Below are positions 62,903 to 64,000 of a DNA stretch of 64,000 nt, piece after piece. The stretch is from Negativicutes bacterium (GTDB lineage Bacteria; Bacillota; Negativicutes; UBA1444): NCBI GenBank assembly GCA_963665275.2, contig CAXXIN010000016.1, forward strand, positions 1 through 64,000, read 5' to 3'. Under the pieces are notes generated by a model. It saw nothing but the letters and a program-made list of their open reading frames with translations. It was not told the DNA's origin and made no database searches. How positions within the stretch are numbered: the first letter of the stretch is position 1; each line of letters starts with the position of its first letter. The translations under genes and the position numbers were made by a program.

Positions 62903-64000
62903 TTGAACGGTGAATGGTACCAAAAAAATAGCACAGAAGTAGTGGAGCAACTCGGCAGTGATTTGCATAAGGGACTGCCTGACATTGAAGCGGCGCAACG
63001 CTTGGAAAAGAATGGCCCGAATGAATTGAAAGGCAAGCCGCGGGCGACAATGCTAGAAAGACTGCTGGCACAATTCAAGGATTTCCTAGTTCTGATACTG
63101 GTGGCGGCCAGTGTGGTCAGCGCATTCGTTGGCGAAGTTACTGACTCTCTGGTTATTGTCGCTATCGTTATTCTTAATGCCGCCTTGGGAGTTTTTCAGG
63201 AGTCGAAAGCGGAGAAGGCTATGGAGGCGTTGCAAAAAATGGCGGCGCCCAACTCCAAAGTGCTTCGTGACGGCACAATCCAGGTCGTGCCCAGCAGAGA
63301 GCTGGTTGTCGGTGATATCGTGCTACTAGAGGCTGGGGACTACATTCCGGCTGATGTGCGCATTTTGGAATCCATGAATTTGAAAGTGGAAGAGGCTAGC
63401 CTGACGGGTGAATCTGTGCCGGTCGAAAAAGAAACGGTTGCCATGGATCATGAAGCGTCCTTGGCAGATCGTCACAATATGGGATATATGGGCACGGTTG
63501 TTACGTACGGACGGGGACGGGCTGTTGTTATAGGAACAGGGATGGACACCGAGATCGGCAAGATTGCAGAAATGATCGACTCTTTTGAAGATCAAAGCAC
63601 ACCGTTGCAGGAAAAGCTGGCGGAGTTCGGCAAGATCCTGGGGATTCTTTGTTTGGCGGTTTGCGCTGTGGTTTTTGTTCTTGGCATCTATCAGGGATAT
63701 CGGGACGGAAACTTAACAACTGATGAAATCACGCTGTTGTTCATGACGGCAGTCAGTCTGGCTGTTGCGGCGATTCCCGAGGGTCTGCCTGCAGTGGTGA
63801 CGATTGTGCTGGCCATCGGCATGCAGCGGATGGTAAAAAAGAATTGTATCGTGAAAAAACTGCATGCTGTTGAAACTCTTGGGAGTACGACAGTCATTTG
63901 TTCGGATAAAACGGGAACGTTGACTCAAAACCAGATGACGGTTGTTCGGCTGTATGCGGATGGTGGTTTGCTGGAAGTCAGTGGTGAAGGGTACACGCCG
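62903..64000 (+). CDS. P-type ATPase (type II, Ca2+/cation-transporting), truncated at the window edge
   Basis: Open frame to the end of the window (absent from the ORF track): [26 protein letters not shown], phosphorylation motif [11 protein letters not shown]. Confidence 0.93.
   Translation, partial: MNGEWYQKNSTEVVEQLGSDLHKGLPDIEAAQRLEKNGPNELKGKPRATMLERLLAQFKDFLVLILVAASVVSAFVGEVTDSLVIVAIVILNAALGVFQESKAEKAMEALQKMAAPNSKVLRDGTIQVVPSRELVVGDIVLLEAGDYIPADVRILESMNLKVEEASLTGESVPVEKETVAMDHEASLADRHNMGYMGTVVTYGRGRAVVIGTGMDTEIGKIAEMIDSFEDQSTPLQEKLAEFGKILGILCLAVCAVVFVLGIYQGYRDGNLTTDEITLLFMTAVSLAVAAIPEGLPAVVTIVLAIGMQRMVKKNCIVKKLHAVETLGSTTVICSDKTGTLTQNQMTVVRLYADGGLLEVSGEGYTP

Overview
Chromosomal window from an anaerobic Firmicute, probably Negativicutes/Sporomusaceae-like (inferred from gene content, not from a search). 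It begins with the 23S and 5S rRNA genes, then a complete IS256-family element with an 8-bp target duplication, pxpBCA (5-oxoprolinase), YtxH- and DUF948-like genes and a secreted 35-aa repeat protein. Three catabolic/salvage modules follow. (1) An AcoR/sigma54-controlled TPP-dependent dehydrogenase operon (E1a, E1b, E2, E3, LipB, LipA) with an embedded TRAP transporter and a DUF296/PPC protein. (2) A lysine-riboswitch-repressed operon with a LIV-type ABC importer and a four-gene flavin/Fe-S amine dehydrogenase, a candidate undescribed lysine-salvage system. (3) A ~25-kb sigma54 regulon with a shared GATG-N8-CATC upstream motif, combining a CoA-transferase, TRAP, PFOR, GlcD/GlcF-like oxidase, HadBC/HadI-type 2-hydroxyacyl-CoA dehydratase, crotonase/thiolase/HBD, AbfD and a D-2-hydroxyacid dehydrogenase, with no acyl-CoA dehydrogenase/ETF in the window. 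The right end has a nitroreductase, an ABM protein, a Zn-dehydrogenase, an SsuABC-like transporter behind an unassigned riboswitch-like leader, PaaK plus an ACT protein, and a P-type ATPase cut by the window edge. Several single-base homopolymer indels look like sequencing errors. All calls come from motif recognition by eye; no database searches were run.
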